Position numbers and translations under genes: made by a program. The notes under the pieces were generated by a model. It was not told the DNA's origin, searched no databases, and saw only the letters and a program-made list of their open reading frames with translations. A DNA stretch of 46,464 bases. Origin: Chiloscyllium plagiosum. Lineage: Eukaryota. Below, one piece after another: positions 12,841 to 25,200 of the stretch. Where the stretch lies: the NCBI RefSeq assembly GCF_004010195.1, contig NC_057750.1, forward strand, positions 12,375,144 to 12,421,607, given 5' to 3'. Numbering within the stretch: the first letter of the stretch is position 1; each line of letters opens with the position of its first letter.

Positions 12841-13142
12841 ATTTTGAGTTGCCGATGTTAGACTGGGCTGTACAAAGTTAAAAATCACACGACACCAGGT
12901 TGTAGTCCAACAGATATAATTGGAAGCACTAGCTTTCAGAGCGCTGCTCCATCATCAGATGGTTGTGGAGCACACAATTCTAAGACACATAATTTATAGC
13001 AAAACACACTAAACCTTTGCTATAAATTCTGTGTCTCACAGTTGTGTACTCCACAACCACCTGATGAAGGAGCAGTGCTACGAAAGCTAGTGCTTCCAAT
13101 TAAACCTGTTGGACTATAACCTGGTGTCGTGTGATTTTTAAC
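12841..13142. mobile_element. Non-coding fold-back PLE derivative (family A): two inverted terminal repeats
   Basis: About 12874-13003 is the reverse complement of about 13016-13146. Perfect TSD tttgttttagtatg at 12827-12840 and 13143-13156. Confidence 0.85.
13058..13092 (+). ncRNA. Minimal type-I hammerhead ribozyme motif
   Basis: cac-CTGATGA-a-ggagc agt gctac-GAA-AGCT-A-gtg. Stem II has one mismatch. Confidence 0.65.
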
Positions 13143-13509
13143 TTTGTTTTAGTATGTTTTTTTATATACTCCACTCCCTTTGAAATAAAGACCAATATTT
13201 ATTGAAATAAATGTTTGAAATTTATTATCTGCTAAAGTTGTGTGCTAGCTTTTTGTAATTCATGTATGAGGAGGACAAATCATTCAATGCTGCAGTGTTC
13301 TGCAGTGTTTCTCCATTTAAATAGTATTCAGCTCTGTTATTCTTACTTCCAAAACATATAACCTCACGTTTTCCCATATTCTATCAGCCAAGTTTTTTTT
13401 CTTCACTGCTAATGGGCCAAGCCTTGAACTCTCAACCGAACAGCATTGGGGGTGTATGTCCACTACATCAGCCCCAGTTCTAGTGCCATCTGTCTGTCTC
13501 AATATTTCT

Positions 13510-15840
13510 GTTAAAAATCACACAACACTAGGTTATAGTCCAACAAGTTTATTTGGAAGTGCAAGCTTTCGGAGCACTACTCCTTCAACAGGTAGCTAGT
13601 GGGGCAGGATCATAGGAAACAGAATTTATAGTAAAAGATCAAAGTGTCATAAAACTGATGCAATGTATTGAATAAACTTAGGTTGTTGTTAGTCTTTAAT
13701 CCCTTCGAATGGGAATGCAGGGTTTGATTCACTAATTTGTAAATCCCAGACAATAGGATGTATCAGCAAATGCAAATTCACCCCATAGACTCATATGTAT
13801 GTGGATGTGAGAGAAGAGGAGAGAGTGTGTGTGTGCGAGTGTGATGGACTACATGCTTGTGAGAGGGTGTGCGTGTGAATGTGGGTGGGTGTGTGTATGA
13901 TGCAAATTCACCCCATAGACTCATATGTGTGTGGATGTGAGAGAAGAGGAGAGAGTGTGTGTGCGAGTGTGATGGACTATATGCTTGTGAGAGGGTGTGC
14001 GTGTGAATGTGGGTGGGTGTGTGTATGTGTCTGAGAGGGAGTATGTGTGAGTGTGATCGTGTGTAAGAGTATGCGTGTATGTGTGAGAGTGTATAGTGGG
14101 GTCACCTGTGCTGTGACATGAGCCCAAGGGCCGATTGAGACCATCCTGATGGGTGCCAAACTTTGCTATCAGCCTCTGCTCGGTGACTCTGCGTTGTTGC
14201 ATATCCGAAGTTCACCTTGGAGGATGTTCACCCGAAGATCCGAGGCTGAATGTCCTCAACCGCTGAAGTGTTCCCCGACTGGGAAGGAACATCTCTTTCT
14301 GGCGATTGTTGCGCGGTGACCATTCATCCGTTGTCGTAGCGTCTGCTTGGTCTCGCCAGTACTGCATGCCTCGGGGCATCCTTACCTGCATTGTATGTGA
14401 TAGAAAAAGTCACAAGAGTACCTGCTGTGCATGTGGTGGGAGTATCCCCAGATGTAATAGTACTATCCACGTTGACACTCTGACACATCTTGCAATAGTT
14501 GCCATGACGTGTTTCCATCGTGTTCCTCTTCATCTGAATAGATCCTTTGTATGCGCAGGGCTTGTCTATAGGGGATGGCTGAAGCAGAGAAGTGTAGCAT
14601 CATGAGGTTTTTCATGACCTTGTGGTGAATTGAGGTATTGAGGTGCCCATCCTTGATGGAGATGTCTGCCCAAGAATGAGACTGATTCTAAAGATTAGTC
14701 CATGATAAGTCTGATGGTGGGATGAAACTTATTGATATCATTGTGTACTTGTTTCAGTAACTCTTCGCCATAGCTCCAGAGGAAGAAAATGTTGTCAGTG
14801 TATCTGGTATATAGTGTTGGTTGGAGGTCCTGTGCAGCAAAGAAGTCTTGTTCGAATTTATGCATGAAAATGTTGGCATATTGGGATGCAAATTTGGTCC
14901 CCATGGCTGTTCCCTGTGTCTGGATAAAGAACTGGTTGTCAAAGGTGAAAACATAATGGTTGAGGATGAAGCAAATGAGTTGTAGGATGGTGCCTGGAGA
15001 TTGGCAGTTGTTGGTGTTGAGTACTGAGGCTGTTGCAGCAATGCAATTGTCATGGGGATGTTGGTGTAGAGTGTCGAAATGTCCAATGTGACAAGGAATG
15101 TTTGACTGTTCTCTGGGTGCTGAGTTTCTGTAGGACATTTGCTGCCCTCGACATAGTCAGACAGGTTCTCACACAGCGTCTCATTGCCTGATATGATGGG
15201 ACGTCCAGGTGTGTTGGTTTTGTGGATCTTTGGAAGGCAGTAGAAGTCTCCTATGTGAGAAGTACATGAGATGAGAGTGCATAGGGTACTCTAAAGGACT
15301 GGATCAATAGTCTTAATCAATCTGTTTAGTTCACTTGTGTGTTCTTTGGTTGGATCGGCCTTTAGTTGCCTTTGGTGTTCCTGGTAATTCAGTTGTCTGC
15401 ACACTTACTCGCAGTAGTCTGTTCTATTCAAAATAATGCAGCTCCTCCTTTGTCTGTTGATTTAATAACAATGTTGTAATTGAACTTGAGAGCATGGATG
15501 GCATTGCGTTATGATCAGGTGACATTTTGCTCTACCTTGTGAGTGCGACTGATGCATCTGACATTTACATATTTCCTGACAGTTTGAGCATACGTGTCAA
15601 GCCCAGGGTAGTGGCACTCCGGAGGGGTCCAAATCAACTGTTTCTTTGGTCGCTCCGCTACGGATCTCTCTGACGACTGTTCCAGTTCGTCGGTTTTCTC
15701 ACTGGGCTCGCTGCTGACACATTGGAAGAATTCCCACAGTCTCATTCATTTGATGAATTCCTCTGTGTCTGCCACAAGACCAATGAGGTCTATTTTATTG
15801 GTGGGACAGAAATTGAGCACTCAGCTGAGAACTTGAATCT
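13510..15840 (-). mobile_element. Decayed Penelope-like retroelement (family A) with RT and GIY-YIG remnants
   Basis: Minus strand: PKIHKTNTPGRPIISG, FIQTQGTAMGTKFASQYANIFM, YTRYTDNIF and EQRLIAKFGTHQDGLNR, then a CA-rich 3' region and terminal repeat at 13510-13600. Multiple frameshifts. Confidence 0.88.
13771..14027. repeat. Tandem duplication, two copies of about 130 bp, in the PLE 3' region
   Basis: tgcaaattcaccccatagactcatatgt... starts at both 13771 and 13901. Confidence 0.85.
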
Positions 15841-15845
15841 CCTCT

Positions 15846-16313
15846 GGTGACATCTCAGCTCAGACAGTGCATTAAAGGTGTGAGGTTAGAGTCTGTCTGT
15901 ATCCCAAGTTTGAATCAGACTGATTTTATTTCTAAAGTAGAAATTTGTAACATATCACATGGACGGACTGTCTACAGATTGTGTGCTTTCCACTCTGTCA
16001 AGTGCGCGTGCTCACACACAGGCATGCACACATACATGCGCGTGTGCACACACATACACACTCTCTCCCTCTCTCCCAGACACATGCACGCAATCATAAA
16101 CACTCACCCTCTCTCCCACGCACATGTAAAGGGTGAATTTGCATTTGCCGATACATTCTGTTTTGTTCAAAAAGCACATCAAGTGTAGGCAGTCAGTCCA
16201 TGTGACATTTTATAAATTCCTACTTTGGAAATAAAACAGGTCAGACTCAAAGTTGGGATACAGACAGACTCTAACCTCACACCTTTAATGCATTGTCTGA
16301 GCTGAGACTTCAC
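15846..16313. repeat. Inverted repeat pair (about 140-bp arms) around a CA-rich spacer
   Basis: ctcagctcagacagtgcattaaaggtgtgaggttagagtctgtctgtatcccaa (15854-) versus ttgggatacagacagactctaacctcacacctttaatgcattgtctgagctgag (16253-). Confidence 0.8.
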
Positions 16314-17953
16314 AATTTATAAAACCTTATATTATCTTGAGACTGTGACTTGAAAAATGTTTTGAGATTTACATATTAATGAATGCATAGGTTAGGTACA
16401 TAGTTAGGGAAAATGTAGAGTAATAAGATAGGGGAATAGGTCTAGGGGGGTTACTTCTTGGAAGGTTGGTGTGGACTTGTTGGTTCAAATGGCCAGTTTC
16501 CACAATGTAGGGATTCTACGATTCAAAGTTTGTTTAATCTATTCCTGATAGCACTGTAAATCAATTTACAAGGAGATTAGCAGACCGCTCTTTGATCCCT
16601 AAATGTTTTGGGTACCTAGCTCCTAGGCATTGCTCTCCTCTGATTGACAGCTTTTGTCAGGATTCAATTTCACTATTGAGGCTTGTGATTCAGCGAGAAT
16701 TTTGGTCAACATTTAAATGGCTGATTGAAGCTTAATATGGTGAGATTTCTTGCTGATAGGTGCAGTGAGTCTGTTGCCTCTGAAGTAGCTCACTACTGCA
16801 TTTATTGCATTGCAACATGCTGACCACTGGTCCTAGCTCTATTTGGGTGCAATTCGTTTGGCCTGTCGAGGCCACATCACTCTCAAATTTGCTCTCAACA
16901 TTTCTGGAATCTCGGGCCTTACATCTTGCACCTTCTCTCCTGCCACATGTTTACCCACTCTACATTCCTCTTTCTATTCTCTTTCTGGAAGTAAACCAAA
17001 GATTGCAGCCTTCAAGGTGTTGTAGCTGCTGATGTGGACCTACACTTCAGTATACAGTCTAGTCACACTGATATTCTTGACCCTGGGACCATGGATACAA
17101 CATAACATATTTGATGCACCTATATGACTGCAAAATATCTTTGCTGTCTAACGCATCTCTTAGTGCAATTGGTTTCCAGTTTTTCATTCAACTTCTGTCA
17201 GATTCAGCTGTCTGTCACACCTCTGCCTTTCTTGTGGTGACACTTTGATGACCAACTTTATGTCTCATGTGAATGGAATGATTTTGATTTCATTAATGTA
17301 TAGTTTGTATTGGTTTGTGAGAATAAGATAATGTGAGCAAACGTGCAGCATCCTGCTGACAGCTGTGGTATTCGCCTTTGCCAGCTTGCTGTATCACAAT
17401 CATTTATAGAACCAGGAATTCAGAATGGCTGACTTCTAGGTGTCAAAAAAATTGATAGAACAGCTCATTAAATTATTTCTGTCCATGAAAACTCCCAGAA
17501 ACCTGTCATAAATGGAACGAAAATCATTGTTGTGAAATTAGGCTGTAGTATCAGACAAATCAAACCATAACAGCAAATGTGCCGTAATAGTATTCGAGTT
17601 CACACAGTGCAAGGAACTGCCAGCAGGATGTAAGCAAGTAACGTGGCAAAAGTGATAACTGACTGAAACTGACACAAAGACAGATTATTAGATTTAATGT
17701 TTACAATATTTATTAAGGAACTGAATATATGTTGTGAACATTTAACATTTTTTTTCTTTATAGATGTATTTGCATTTGCAAGAATGTTCGATTTATTGAA
17801 TAAATTGATTGATTTGTGTGATTTTCAAACCTCTGCAGTACACTTTGCAGAGATTTTGGCTGTCAGTTATTCACTTTCTGCATTTCAATATATTTTAAAT
17901 TTCTTGTTTGACCACAGGATCAAGACTAATCAGTCTATTTCATCTCTGCGATT

Positions 17954-18148
17954 ATGCTTAAATTTCTTGAGCTTCTCATTTGGCCAATATGTCTAGCCTT
18001 CAAATGTGAATGGCACATAAAACTGATTAACTTTACGGATCAAAGTCAATCCTCAGAAACGATCCTTCAACAAACTCCAAGTGCCAACCTTGATTCTGTG
18101 TTTCAAAATTTATCTGACCAAGGTATTGATCCTTTTGATAGACTTGAG
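17954..18148 (+). CDS. CATSPERG: CatSper channel auxiliary subunit gamma, first coding exon (exon 17918-18148)
   Basis: Acceptor ttcttgtttgaccacAG at 17917 and donor GAG|GTAAGT at 18148 (phase 0). Encodes MLKFLELLIWPICLAFKCEWHIKLINFTDQSQSSETILQQTPSANLDSVFQNLSDQGIDPFDRLE: a hydrophobic signal-like start, then similarity to recalled human CATSPERG (CTWQVVLNEF...[24 protein letters not shown]). Confidence 0.88.
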
Positions 18149-18482
18149 GTAAGTGTGTTACATGCCATTTTTCAGAACGAACGGAAATATATCTGTAAAT
18201 AAATCAAAAATTCCTATTAACAATCCTTATTTTTTGCAACATTCTTTCATTTTAAATTTTAATGGATATTGCTTATAACAGGATAAAAAATTAGTATTGT
18301 CTTTATGGAAATAGTGCATGCCACAGTTTGTTCCTCCTGTCAGTATACAAAAGGTTAGCAGTTAATTGTAGAGATTAATGTTGAAGATTGGTAATGTAAA
18401 TGTGGGCCTCTTTAAAAGGCAGAGATAGAAGTTATACTGTATTTGCAGATAAGAAAATTGCATTTATATTAAACAAGTACTT

Positions 18483-19431
18483 TGTGGCGAAAGGTGTGTA
18501 ATTCCCATATGCATTTATAACATTTTAGAGATTTGGATTTTAAAGCATGAGCTACGTTTGGAGTAGTTTTGTTAAGACTTTTAAAAGAACTAAGTCAGAC
18601 AATTCTTCCAGAACAGTGACCCAATCCAATATATGTCAGAAAGTAGGGATCTTGGAGCGTTAATGGAAACTGGTTTACAATGCGGAGTGTAAGTATTGAA
18701 AGCCATCAGCTTGTTTTGGTTCAAAATACTAAAGGACTGATATTAGCTTAAAAAACCCAGAGATTGAAAGCTTTGAGAAGAGTTTGAGGAGCCTTGACTC
18801 TGATCAGAAGCAAACATAGTTCATTTCCCAGACAGGAGTGTAGGACAGTTCAGGAAAGCACAGTTACTTCAGTAGAAAAGTTTAGTTTGTCAGACTTTCA
18901 AACCAGGAGTGTTTGTTTAGACATTTACAGGTTATTAAAAGCTGAGAAAGCCTAAGCTGTCCATTTTGTGAGTATTCATGCAAGAAGGCTTCATTGTTCA
19001 TAGGAAAGAGCTGGACCGAATCAGTTATTAGATCAGATTAGATTACATTACAGTGTGGAAATCAGGCGCTGTGAGGCAGCAGTGCTAACCACTGTGCCAC
19101 CGTGCCGCCCACTGAAGTTAACATTTGATATACAGAGTTAATTTCCTGGGAATTGAATTACTGTAACATGATGGTGTCGGGAATAGATTGCTGGGTGTTT
19201 TAAGAATTTTTTTCTATTTACCCTATATCTATAGGATACTCATCTTGTTTTCATCTTGTATAATACATTTCTGTACAATTGTTGAAGAAACTCTGTGACT
19301 TCATGAGACCATCTTCATGAAACCATTTTAGTCAGTGGTCACCGGCTTGACTAGAACAAAAAAATCCATTAGGCCAGATTTCATTCTGAGATGTGATTTG
19401 TCCAATAGTAGCTTCAGATGGGATCATAACA
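18483..19431 (+). mobile_element. Probable solo LTR containing an internally deleted SINE
   Basis: TG(tggcga)...(gggatcataa)CA termini, with flanks actt/gctt (3 of 4 match). Inserted in a CR1 remnant. Confidence 0.5.
19027..19110 (-). mobile_element. Internally deleted HE1-type SINE (head fused to tail)
   Basis: Minus strand reads gggcggcacggtggcacagtggttagcactgctgcctcacagcgcc-tgatttccacactgtaatgtaatctaatc. Confidence 0.8.
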
Positions 19432-19639
19432 GCTTAATTGTAGTCGACATTAAAAGCTCTAGACGTAATGATAAACCTAGAAAGAAATAAGTATAAGTGA
19501 AGAAATGACACTGCAGAAATTAATAGGAGCAAATGCCAATAACTTCCTTGAACCTGACTACTTAGATTTCAGGAAAAGAGAAAGCTGCAGACATTGTTGT
19601 TGTATTGGTTTTACACTTCCAGAGCTTAGCAGGACTTAT

Positions 19640-20320
19640 ACAAGGTCCAAGGGAATGTTGCTGAACAAAGAGACCTTGGAGTGCAGGTTCATAGCTCCTT
19701 GAAAGTGGAGTCGCAGGTAGATAGAATAGTGAAGGTGGCGCTTGGTATGCTTTTGGTCAGACTATTGAGTACAGGAGTTGGGACGTCATGTTACGACTGT
19801 ATAGGACATTGGTTAGGCCACTGTTGGAATATTGCTTGCAGTTCTGATCTCCTTCCTATCGGAAAGATGTTGTGAAACTTCAAAGGGTTCAGAAAAGATT
19901 TACAAGGATGTTGCCAAGGTTGGAGGATTTGAGCTATGGGGAGAAGCTGAACAGGCTGTGGCTGTTTTCCCTGGAGTGTCGGAGGCTGAGAGGTGACCTT
20001 ATAGAGGTTTACAAAATTATGAGGGGCNNNNNNNNNNNNNNNNNNNNNNNNNNNNNNNNNNNNNNNNNNNNNNNNNNNNNNNNNNNNNNNNNCAGAGGGT
20101 GGTACGTGTATGGAATGAGCTGCCAGAGGAAGTGGGTGGAGGCTGGTACAATTGCAACATTTAAGAGGCATTTGGATGAGTGTATGAATAGGAAGGGTTT
20201 GGAGGGGTATGGGCCGGGTGTTGGCAGGTGGGACTAGATTGGGTTGGGCTATTGGTCAGCATGGATGGGTTGGACCGAAGGGTCTGTTTCCATGCTGTAC
20301 ATCTCTATGACTCGATGACT
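19640..20320 (+). mobile_element. CR1/HER1 LINE 3' end (contains gap 20028-20092)
   Basis: LQRVQKRFTRMLPRLEDLSYGEKLNRLWLFSLECRRLRGDLIEVYKIMRG, followed by the ctctatgactc tail. Confidence 0.88.
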
Positions 20321-20322
20321 AA

Positions 20323-20706
20323 GTTAGCAAATGTAACCGTCCTATTAAAGATAGGAGGAAGAAAGAAAATAGAGCATTATAGACCTATGCATTTTAACAG
20401 AACGATGCAAATAAATTGTGAAACAAAAGGAAAATACTGCAGATGCAGCAGTATCAGCAAATATGTAGCCTGTTTGGCAGCATCTGAGGATACAGTAACT
20501 GAATTAACATTCTGTTAACAAATGTAACCGTCCTATTAAAGATAGGAGGAAGAAAGAAAATGGAGCATTATAGACCTATGCATTTTAACAGAACGATGTA
20601 AATAAATTGTGAAACAAAAGGAAAATACTGCAGATGCAGCAGTATCAGCAAATATGTAGCCTGTTTGGCAGCATCTGAGGATACAGTAACTGAATTAACA
20701 TTCTGT
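20323..20706. repeat. Tandem duplication, 2 x 191 bp
   Basis: gtta(g/a)caaatgtaaccgtcctattaaagatagg... starts at 20323 and 20514. I see three substitutions between the copies. Confidence 0.9.
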
Positions 20707-21422
20707 GTTCAATATAACTCTTACTGACAGACCTGCTAAGTTTTTCCAGTACATTCTGTGAAAATAAATTATGATGTTTTTATAGTCTAACATCAGTAAA
20801 AGTCAGAATAGCTGAATCTTTATCTGGAATGTAGTAGCAAAACACTCTTAAGCATGACATTAAGCAGGGTTGAGATGGATTTTATAAATGAAAAATGTTA
20901 ATTGAAAAATCTCTTAGATTTCTTTGCATATGTGACTAGTAGAATGGATAAGAGATGTGGAATGAGGTTAACAGATTGCTTATTGTTTTTCTTCGATGAA
21001 ACAGTTTCAATGCTTATTTGCATTTCAATAATTATTCATTTATGATATTTCTTTAAAATGAATGAAAATAGAACACTTCAGTGTTTCTTTAACAAATCCT
21101 TTTTATGTAAATGACCATAGCCTGAATCATGACACATGGATTTTTGAACTTTGCACAATTTCAATTTTATATGTAATTAGAACAGTTGGCTTTAAAAAGA
21201 TATTTAAATGTACAAACAAATGCATAAACATAGGAGCAGAAATAGGCCCTTCTTACGTGCCCTGCAGATCAGTAAGATCAGATTGTGTTTCACATTCCAT
21301 ATTTCTACTCACCCACCAATAATCTTAGATTCTTGTAAAGCAAGGGAATCGCTATACTTCTGACTTAGAACTGTTCAGTGTTTCCACTTCCACCACCATC
21401 TGAGGCAGAGTGTTCTCTGAAA

Positions 21423-21886
21423 CAAGGAGATTTACAAGGATGTTGTTGGGACTGGAGGGTATGTGTTATAAAGAGAGGCTGGATAGGCTGTGACTTTTTC
21501 ACCGAGTGTAGAAAGTTGAGGGGTGACCTTATAGAGGTTTATAAAATCATGAGGGGTATAGGTAAGGTGAATATCCCCTGAGATAGGGAGTTCAGAGCTA
21601 TAGGGCCTATTTTTAAGGTGAGAGCAGAAAGATTTAAAAGGCACCTGAAGGTTTACCTTTTCACACAGATGGCGGTTTGTATGTGTTGGAGTTAATTCCC
21701 AGAGGAAGTGGTAGGTGTAGATTTGGTAAAGACATTTGGACAAATACATGGATAGGAAAGGATTAGAAGGATATGAGTGAAAAACATGGAAATGGAACTA
21801 GTTTAGTTTGTGTTAGTTTAGTTTGGGGTTATGGTTGGCATGGATGAGTTGGACCAAACTATCTGCTTCTGTGATGTATGACTCTC
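21423..21886 (+). mobile_element. CR1/HER1 LINE 3' fragment nested in an older minus-strand CR1 end
   Basis: CRKLRGDLIEVYKIMRGI and the tatgactc tail. Confidence 0.8.
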
Positions 21887-22039
21887 TGTCCTAAAAGAAC
21901 CATCTGTCCTTTCATAGCAATGCATTCCAGTGCTGGATTCACCCAGAAAGAAAATATTCTTCACATCTTTACCTTATCAAGACTGTTCAGGACCTTAAAA
22001 TCATCAATCAAGTCACCCCTCACTCTTCTGTCCGAAGTG

Positions 22040-25000
22040 TGGAATTCAGTGATGGTAATGCCATAAAGAAGTAATAGTTAGATTCTCTCTTCTTGGAGAT
22101 AGTCATTGGCTGGAACTTATGCCACAAGTGAATGTTACTTTCCATCTCTTAGCCCAAACCTAGATATTTTCCAGGTGTTGTTGAATATGGACATGGGCTG
22201 CTTCAGTATCTGAAGAGTAGTGAATGGTGCTGAAACTTGTGCAACCAATGGTAAACATTCTTGCTTCTTGTCTTATATTGGTGGAAAGTGTTTCATGAAG
22301 CAGCTGAAGATGCTTGGTCCAAGGATGCTATCTTAGTGTACGCAAGCAGTGAGGTCTAGGGATTCAGATGATTGGCCTCCAACAATGACAGCCATCTTCC
22401 TTTGTGTTTGGCACGACTCCAACCAGCAGATAGCACCCCGCCCCACCCGATTCTCATCGATTCCAAACTTGCTAAGGCTACTTGATGCCCTACTCAGTCA
22501 AATACTGCCTTGATGTCAATGGCTGTCAATCTCATCTCCCCTGGAATTCACCTCTTTTGTTCATGTTTGAACAAAAGCTGTAATGATTTCAGGAACTGAG
22601 TTGCGCCGTGGAACCCAAATTGAACAGCAGCAGGTTATTACTGAGCAAATACCACTTGATAACACTGTCGGTAAGCTGTTCCATGACTTGATCTCGATTG
22701 AGAATAGACTAAAAGGATGGCAATTGGCTGGATTGGATTTTTCTGCTCTTTTGTGGGCATTTACATTGCTGTAGAGATGCTGATGCAGAACAGCTTATCC
22801 AGGAGTGTGACTAGTTTTGAAGTCTTCAGTACTATTGCTGGAATGTCATCAGGGCTTGTAGGAGTGAGACCCTCAATCAGAGGCACAGACTAAGGAGGCA
22901 GACAGGATTCAGGCACATGGCAGGCTTTTATTCAAACAATAATTGGTAGTGCAGGGAGAGGATGAAAGCATCTTTGATGTGAGAACACAATTGTTCTCAT
23001 AATCTTGAGCTCAGATTGGAGGAAAGACCAATGACACACTCTGAGTTTCACAGTAAAAACAGTATTTTTGTACATTTTATGTTACACTGATTATGCACAA
23101 TGTGGTTACTGTACCCTTCCCATCCCACTATGAGACCAATCCGATAAAACACCTGGTCAATGATAGGCATTCCTATAGACAACCCTAGGTTCCCTTAGTC
23201 CTTTAACAGTTATTGTAATTGATAGATCATGGGCTCTTTCTGTGTCGCCTTCCAAATTTACTGGCTGTTCTCATTTGATCTGGCTTGATTTACTGGCTTC
23301 GTTATCTCTGATAACTGCTGGAATTCTATTTTCATTGTACTTGTTATCTCTATCAAATTCCATTACTTTTTATATAAAAGACAGATGATTCTGTTATAAA
23401 ATTCATAATATTAATTTTATTATAAATTTTATAATTACTCCTACAGTTAACACTCTTTACTAATGAGACAAGATATGCCAGGCATCTCTTTAAAGTTTTA
23501 TAATTTAGCTGAAATCTATCTTTGTGATTATTAAAGAATCTTTAACTGAAACCTCTTAATTATTGTAAATAATTTCAAAGAAGTATCTAATTTTTGCAAG
23601 ATAACTTTAGCTACTGTTTTTATGGCTGGACATCTTTCCCTTAATGAGACTGGAATTAATTACTTCTTGTAGGTTAGTCATCTTTCAAAATTTTTTTATG
23701 AGTTCCAGTTCCATTATTTCTTCTATGTTTGTTACAAATCTTTGAACTGCTCATCCTTGAATCTCCTTATCGTGCTGTCTCTGCATTCTTTGGAATCTTG
23801 CTGTTTAAAGGCACTATTATTTCACTAAAATCTGAATCAGTCTTTTCTAAGCTTAGACTATTTTGTGCCCCTTAAAAATAGAGGCAGCTCCAAATGGCCT
23901 GTTGACTTTCTATTATCCAGTATCTTTATTTGTTACTCAATGTCATGTGGAATGAATCGAATTGTGTGAAGACTGGCATTCATGATGCTGGCATCTTCAA
24001 GAGGTGGCTATGGTAGATCACCCATTCAACACTTCTGAAGTTGTACTTTAACCTTGTCATTTGTGCTGATGTGCTTTTCTCCTCTTTATTGACAATAGAG
24101 ATGTATGCAGAGCTTCCATCTCCTATTGTGAGTTGTTTAATTGTACACGGCCATTCATGACTAGGTGTGCCAGGACTGCAGAGCTCAGATCAGATCTATT
24201 GTTTGTGGGTTATTTAGCACTTTTTATTACATGCTGCTTACACTACTTGGCATGCAAGTAGTTCTGTGCTGAAGTTTAATCAGATTCATATCTCATTTAT
24301 AGATATACCTGTTGTTGCTCCTGTCTTACCCTCTTGCACTCTTCATTGAACCAAGGTTGATTGCCCAGCTTGACGGTCATGGTAGAAAGGGGATGTTCTA
24401 GGCTATGAGATTACATATTGTGGTTGAACACAATCTTGATGTTGCCAATAAATCCTCTGCCTCATAAATGCTCAGTTTTGAGTTGCTAGATCTGTTGGAA
24501 ATCTGTCCCATTTAGCCCGGTGGTAACGAGCAGAACACAATGTAAGATAGGACTGCACCTTCACAAGGACCGTATAATTACCACTTCTATCAAGACTGTC
24601 ACAGCCAGATTCATCTGCTTCAGATAAACATGAGATCATGTAGATTTTTCCCTTTTCTTGGTTTCCTCAAGCTGCTGCAGATCCCATCTAACATCGATGT
24701 CCTGAGCATTTGGCTGGTTTGGTTGGTAGTGATATTACTGGGCTGTACCTGGTGATGGACATTGAAGACCCCAACCCAGAATACATTCTGTACCCTTGCC
24801 AACCTCACAGCTTCTTCCAGATGGTGTTCAACAAGTACTGATTCATCATTCAAAGGTAGATGGGGCTAGCTGATGGGTGGCAAATGGTTTCCTTGATGCT
24901 ATAAGATTTCATAAGGTCTGTAGTCAATGTTGATTACTCCAGGGCAACTTTCTCCTAATTGTGTCACCACCATCGGTGGTTCTGTGTAGTTGTTGATAGG

Positions 25001-25200
25001 GGGCATGTCTAGAGATTATGATAGTGGTGACTGTAAGTTGTGATTTTGTGAATATAAATTTATCAGGCTGTTTGCTGACAAATATGAGATGGTTTTCCCA
25101 ATTTTGGGACAAAGCACCAGATTTTCATAAAGATGACTTAGCAATGTTTGACAGTGTTGGGTTTGCTTTGTCATTTCTGGTGCTTCGTTTGATGTCTGGT
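22040..25200 (-). mobile_element. Decayed L2-clade LINE (endonuclease to RT), interrupted at 22857-23895
   Basis: ORF 24620-24853 (DESVLVEHHLEEAVRLARVQNVFWVGVFNVHH) is APE-like. RT remnants at 22200-22600 include the LTAIDIKAVFD region. Confidence 0.7.
22857..23445 (-). mobile_element. LTR-like element with 9-bp terminal inverted repeats
   Basis: TGTAGGAGT...ACTCCTACA termini. Minus-strand AATAAA near 22927-22932. Interrupts the L2 element. Confidence 0.55.

Larger units (their letters stand above)
9883..13400 (-). mobile_element. CR1 LINE 3' end, fragmented by nested PLE insertions
   Basis: CR1 3'UTR-like start cataagacgtaggggcagaagttggccactcagccc. Pieces lie at about 9883-10010, 10100-10215, 12545-12840 and 13157-13400. 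Confidence 0.55.
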
